Positions 59,717-64,000 of a DNA stretch of 64,000 nt are shown piece after piece. The translations under genes were made by a program, and so were the position numbers. The stretch's first letter is position 1, and every line of letters starts with the position of its first letter. Under the pieces are notes generated by a model. It was not told where the DNA came from and ran no database searches. It saw only the letters and a list, made by a program, of their open reading frames with translations. This DNA comes from an uncultured Chloroflexia bacterium (GTDB lineage Bacteria; Chloroflexota; Limnocylindria; Limnocylindrales; CSP1-4). The DNA lies in NCBI GenBank assembly GCA_963746845.1, contig CAVVCZ010000004.1, positions 672,001 to 736,000 on the forward strand, read 5' to 3'.

Positions 59717-60427
59717 ATGGGAAGGGTCGTGATGGGAACGCGAATGTCCGTGCGACTGGCGTTCGCTGGGGCCAACCTGGTCCTTGTCCTCGCGGGCTGC
59801 GGCTCGGCACCCGCCACGTCCCCGACTCGATCCCAGCCCCCGACCTCGGCTCTTCCAGGCACCGGCGCCGTCGAGTCGAGCTCCGGCCGGGACTCCTCCA
59901 TCGTGTGGCCTGCCCCATCGGATCCCATGGAGCGGGCCGTGCAAGCGGGCCTGAAGCCGCAGCCGAAGGAATTCCTGACCAATCACGTTCACGCTCACCT
60001 GGACGTCTTCGTCGACGGCAAGCCCGTCACGGTTCCGGCCGGAATCGGGATCCAGATCAACGACCCCGCTGTGCGCCGGTTCAACGAGCCCGACGGATCG
60101 GTCGCCTATGGCGGCATCGACTTGTGCAACGATCCGTGCATCTCGCCGCTGCACACCCATGACGTCACGGGCATCCTCCACACGGAGTCGGCCACCCCCG
60201 AACCAAACACCCTCGGGGAGTTCTTCACCGAATGGGGCGTGGCCCTCGACGCCTCGTGTGTGGCGACGTTCTGCCGCCCCACGACCAACGTCGCGATCTA
60301 CGTTGATGGCGAGCCCACCCCGGGAGACCCTCGTGCGATCGAGCTCATCAACCAGCGGGAGATCGCGATCGTGATCGGGACGCCTCCTCCGCAAATCCCG
60401 AAGACGGCCGACTTCTCGAACGCCTAG
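59717..60427 (+). CDS. Hypothetical lipoprotein with paired His motifs
   Basis: SD GGAGG, lipobox LAGC, HVHAHL and LHTHD..G.LH.E, TLGEFF..WG. Confidence 0.75.
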   Translation: MGRVVMGTRMSVRLAFAGANLVLVLAGCGSAPATSPTRSQPPTSALPGTGAVESSSGRDSSIVWPAPSDPMERAVQAGLKPQPKEFLTNHVHAHLDVFVDGKPVTVPAGIGIQINDPAVRRFNEPDGSVAYGGIDLCNDPCISPLHTHDVTGILHTESATPEPNTLGEFFTEWGVALDASCVATFCRPTTNVAIYVDGEPTPGDPRAIELINQREIAIVIGTPPPQIPKTADFSNA

Positions 60428-60448
60428 CGCGGTGATCGGACCCGCCGC

Positions 60449-60805
60449 CTATTCGAGTGACTGGTAGACCCCGAGGATGTTCCCGAATGGGTCGGCGAAC
60501 ATGAACCGCCGGCCACCGGGATACGCGTGCAGCGCGACGTGGATCCGGGCTCCGGCAGCCAGCACGCTCGCCAGCGCCGCGTCCGCATCGTCTGTTCGGA
60601 TGAGGGCCAGGACGCCGTCGCCGCGGGACGTCGCCGGGTGCGGGTTCAGCCCCCCGAACTCCTGGCCGGGCCTCGTCGGGTCCTGGATCCCGGCGTAGTC
60701 CGTGCCGTAGTCGTTGAACGTCCAGCCGAGTGCCTTGGCGTAGAACGTCTTCGCCTGCTCGAGGTCGTCAACAGCCAGTTCGACATAATCGATCACGTGA
60801 GCCAC
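60449..60805 (-). CDS. VOC/glyoxalase family protein
   Basis: IDYVEL...FY...GW.F.DYG..Y...YPGGRRF.F.DP.GN. Confidence 0.9.
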   Translation of the reverse strand: MAHVIDYVELAVDDLEQAKTFYAKALGWTFNDYGTDYAGIQDPTRPGQEFGGLNPHPATSRGDGVLALIRTDDADAALASVLAAGARIHVALHAYPGGRRFMFADPFGNILGVYQSLE

Positions 60806-60822
60806 GGTCGAAGGGTACGCGG

Positions 60823-61779
60823 TCAGTCGAGCAGGTATCGGCCGACCTGATTGATCAGTGGCTCACCGGCGGCGAACCGGCGGATCTGGTCGCCGGCGAG
60901 CGCAAACGCCCGGGTCGTGCTCGCCGGCGAGTCGCCGGCCATGTGCGGGGTGATGAGCACATTGGGCAGTCCCCACAGCGGATGATCCGGCGGGAGCGGC
61001 TCCGGATCGGTGACGTCGAGGACGGCCCGGATCCGACCGGCCCGGAGCTCCTCCACGAGCGCGCCGGTTTCGATCGTGGCCCCACGCCCGGCGTTCACCA
61101 CGAGCGCGCCATCCGGAAGGAGCCCGAGCCGTCGCGCGTCCAGCAGGCCCCGCGTCTCGCTGGTCAGCGGGAGCATGTCGACGAGAACGTCGGCGCCGGG
61201 AAGGAGCGCCTCGAGGTCGGCCAGGCCGCGCATGCCGTCGCGCGCGGTCCGGCCCACGCCGATCAGCTCAACGCCGAACGGGCGCAGCCGCTCCGCGATG
61301 GCGGTTCCGATCGACCCGAGGCCGAGGATGACGACGCGCCGGCCGAGCAGCTCGGGCGGCTCGATGGTCGTCCAGTCGTGCCGCAGCTGCGCATCCCGCG
61401 ATTCCACGAGGCCTCGCTGCATGGCGAGGATCGCTCCCACCACCCACTCCGCGAGCGGCGCGTCGTAGACCCCCCGGGCGTTGCAGACCATGACGTGCTC
61501 GGGCACCCGTCCGATGAGCCAGTCGACGCCGGCGCTCGTCGTCTGGATGATCCGCAGCCGCCCCCCTCCCCCGGCTAGGAGCTCGAGCAGCGGGGCGCGG
61601 GTCCGTCCGTCGGGCACGATGAGCTCGACCTCGGCGAGATCCGGAACCGGCCCGGGCTCGGGCGGTACGAGCCGGGCGTCCACGTTCGCCGGCAGCTCGC
61701 CCATCTGGACCCGCTCGGGGATGTCCGGCAGGCACACGACGACCGTGTCCGGGCGGGCGACGTCAGGCATGTCGGTCAT
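60823..61779 (-). CDS. D-2-hydroxyacid dehydrogenase
   Basis: SAGVD, GLGSIG, PLT.ET, VNAGRG, LDVTDPEP, ITPH. Confidence 0.92.
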   Translation of the reverse strand: MTDMPDVARPDTVVVCLPDIPERVQMGELPANVDARLVPPEPGPVPDLAEVELIVPDGRTRAPLLELLAGGGGRLRIIQTTSAGVDWLIGRVPEHVMVCNARGVYDAPLAEWVVGAILAMQRGLVESRDAQLRHDWTTIEPPELLGRRVVILGLGSIGTAIAERLRPFGVELIGVGRTARDGMRGLADLEALLPGADVLVDMLPLTSETRGLLDARRLGLLPDGALVVNAGRGATIETGALVEELRAGRIRAVLDVTDPEPLPPDHPLWGLPNVLITPHMAGDSPASTTRAFALAGDQIRRFAAGEPLINQVGRYLLD

Positions 61780-62290
61780 CGTCGAACGCGAACCAGCACA
61801 ACGCGTTGCGCAGCCGCTGGTCGTCGAGCACGAGCTCCCGGACCTCGTGAGGGAGCTGGGCGCGCTGCCATTGGCACTCCAGGCGGCCGGCAGCCGCGCG
61901 CTCGGCTTCGGCCGCCGCCGCCCACACCGCCTTGATCGCGTAGGCCGCGGCACCGAGCTCGTGGGCCGCCACATGGCCCACCGCCGCGGCCTGGCCGGCG
62001 GCATACGCGGCGTGCCGGGCGGCCCCGGTCATGTCTCTCGCCGCCGCGTTCGCATGGCCGCCTGCCGCCCGGGCCTCTGCCCATGGAACCTCGCCCCGGG
62101 CCCAGGCGCGCCCCAGGTCGATCGCCCGGCGGGGCCGTTCGTCGTCCGGCCGTACCCGCTCGAAGTGGTGCAGCGCGTGCTCCGCGCAGTCGGCTGCCCA
62201 GATGGCGAGCAGCCGATGATCGTCGTCCTGGAGGGTCCCGCCGCGACGCTCGGTGATGAACCGAGGATCCCGGACCTTGGGAAGGATCAC
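61763..62290 (-). CDS. Imm5-like putative immunity protein
   Basis: RDPRFIT.RRGG.L.D.DHRLLA.WAA.CAEH...AGQAAAV.HVAAH.LGAA.YA...EC.WQ. Confidence 0.75.
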   Translation of the reverse strand: MILPKVRDPRFITERRGGTLQDDDHRLLAIWAADCAEHALHHFERVRPDDERPRRAIDLGRAWARGEVPWAEARAAGGHANAAARDMTGAARHAAYAAGQAAAVGHVAAHELGAAAYAIKAVWAAAAEAERAAAGRLECQWQRAQLPHEVRELVLDDQRLRNALCWFAFDDDRHA

Positions 62291-63283
62291 GGGCGGAGCG
62301 CGGGAACCATCACGAGGACCTTGCCCTGTGCACGGCCCTCGTGGACCCAGCGGAGCGCGTCGACGACCTGATCGAGCGGATACCGTCGATCGATCGCCGG
62401 CCGGACCGTGCCGTCGACGACGAGCCCGGTCAGCGTTGCGACGTCGGTCGGGTCGAACGGCTTCCACCACAGCATCAGGCCCATCGACTGCCGACTCGCC
62501 AGCCCGATCAGCGGCCCCAGCACCAGCGCCCCGAGGATCGGCCACGTGGTGCCGCCGAGCGTGACGTACACGCCGTCGGGACGGAGGCAGCGTCGCATCG
62601 CCAGGATCGAGTGGTGCGAGTCCGTGTCCAGGATCCAGTCGTATCGCTCGCCGGTCCTCGTGATGTCGACCGTCGTGTAGTCGATCACGTGATCGGCGCC
62701 CAGCGATCGGACGAAGTCCACCTTCTCGGTCCGGCATACGCCGGTCACCTCGGCGCCGCGAGCCTTCGCGATCTGGACCGCGAACGGCCCGACATTGCCC
62801 GACGCGCCGACGATCAGCACCCGGTCGCCGGCCTTCACCGCGCGGCCACGACGCTGCCGGAGCCCCTGGATGGCCAGGATCGGCCGAGTGCGGGAGCGTC
62901 GCGGCCTCCTCGAACGAGAGCGCGTCCGGGATCGCGATGAACCTCCGCTCGGGCGCGCTGACGAGCTCGGCGAACGCCCCGCCGCCAGCCGGATACAGGT
63001 CCGCGAAGACGCGATCGCCGGGACGGAAGCGGGTCACGCCCTCGCCGACGGCCTCGACGACGCCGGCGACGTCGATCCCGACGCGATGATTCCGCGGCGC
63101 GCGGATCCCGATGAACAGGCGGATGAAGGCCGGGCGTGGCTCGATCCCGTCGAGATCCGCCCGGTTGACGGAGGCGACGTGGACCCGGACCAGGATCTCT
63201 CCATTCGCCGGAACCGGCGGATCGACCTCTTCGACCCGAACGACCTCGGGTCCGCCGTAGCGATCGAGAACGGCCGCCTTCAT
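62287..63283 (-). CDS. NAD(P)-dependent alcohol dehydrogenase / quinone reductase (MDR family), apparent +1 frameshift near 62881
   Basis: YG.PEV, SVN..D, G.DVAG.V, SFEEAA.LP, then shifted frame GASGNVG.FAVQ.AK, LGADHVIDY, GKV. Confidence 0.88.
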
Positions 63284-63777
63284 GCTTCCCGAGGCTCGAA
63301 TACGACCACGGCGGTTTCGGTCGGGCGGCGCGTGGCGTAGGCGTCGAGGTTCGGCTCGATCTGCCGCATCGACGACCACAGGCGGATCCGCTCCTCGCCC
63401 GTCGCCGCGCGCGCCGTGATCTCTCGTGATCCGTCCGGGAGGTCGATCGTCGCGGTGGGGCGCGCCTGCAGGTTCAGCCACCAGGCGGGCTCGGGCTTCC
63501 CCCAGCCGTTCATCGCGAGCGTGAACAGGTTCGGCCCGTCCTCGACGTAGCCGAGGATCGCGATCCGTTCCTCGCCGCTGTGGCGGCCGATCGTGTGGAT
63601 CCGGAGCAGGCCGTACGTCTTCGGCGTCGGCGGTCGAAGGCCGCGGCGACCCCCGGTCATCCGATAGATCCCGCGGTGGGCGGCCCAGGCGGCTCGGATG
63701 AACCAGCGGGGCGGAAGGAACGGGTTCGACGCTGCCAATGGAGCCTCCGCACGAGATGGTCCCACGCCTGTCGTCAT
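63280..63777 (-). CDS. Deazaflavin (F420)-dependent nitroreductase family protein
   Basis: T.GR.SG.ER, A.NG...P.WWLNL.A.P, Y...R.....VVV. Confidence 0.85.
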   Translation of the reverse strand: MTTGVGPSRAEAPLAASNPFLPPRWFIRAAWAAHRGIYRMTGGRRGLRPPTPKTYGLLRIHTIGRHSGEERIAILGYVEDGPNLFTLAMNGWGKPEPAWWLNLQARPTATIDLPDGSREITARAATGEERIRLWSSMRQIEPNLDAYATRRPTETAVVVFEPREA

Positions 63778-63805
63778 CGGGGGCCCGCGCCCGGCTCGCT
63801 CCGCG

Positions 63806-64000
63806 TCAGTCGTTCGCGGTGATGGTGAGCGTCCAGGGATGACCGGAGCGTCCCGGCTCCGCGAGGCGCACGGGCCACCGTTCCGCGATGACGTCAGCCA
63901 GGGCGTCGGGGTCGGCCGGATCCGTCCCCGAGGCGAGCAGCCGATGCGCCGCCTCGCCACGGATGCGCTTGGCGATGACGTCGCCGATGCGGACTCCCCC
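63806..64000 (-). CDS. 3' end of a gene truncated by the window edge (weakly YaaA/DUF328-like)
   Basis: Open frame [21 protein letters not shown]...WTLTITAND-stop with GC3-rich codons. Confidence 0.4.
   Translation of the reverse strand, partial: GGVRIGDVIAKRIRGEAAHRLLASGTDPADPDALADVIAERWPVRLAEPGRSGHPWTLTITAND

Noticed and set aside
60778-60805. Second dif-like arm (TTATGTCGAAC on the minus strand)
   Set aside because: Lies inside the VOC coding sequence (IDYVEL) and has no XerC arm.

Overview
Very GC-rich bacterial chromosome segment. Gene order and protein style suggest Chloroflexota, possibly a Limnocylindria-like lineage (inference, no search run). Positions 1-43.4 kb are mostly housekeeping: infC tail, rpmI-rplT-pheST, cvpA-mpg-mutS2, class A PBP, tyrS, a his operon led by a TrpR-like HisR/YerC gene with divergent hisA, an EF-G paralogue, yebC-ruvC-ruvA, ruvB, tgt, recA-recX, rny-ymdB, miaB-miaA-hflX. 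From 43.4 to 64 kb it becomes a patchwork of small accessory genes. Top candidates: (1) a translationally coupled two-gene cassette, a DUF2075 nuclease-helicase plus a UG/Abi-type reverse transcriptase with a helical C-terminus, ending at a dif-like XerCD site (candidate antiphage system); (2) two paralogous ~84-nt structured ncRNAs, each with a sigma70-type promoter and the same array of DnaA-box-like motifs; (3) a c-di-GMP-I riboswitch directly ahead of a 31-aa hydrophobic micropeptide. Also seen: a likely HisR operator, LexA-like boxes, a Tgt with a queuine-type pocket signature, an unannotated 56-aa ORF before recA, a collapsed Phd-VapC fusion and many apparently leaderless genes. Six +1 frameshifts in five genes are probably sequencing errors. 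All family calls come from motif recognition by eye.
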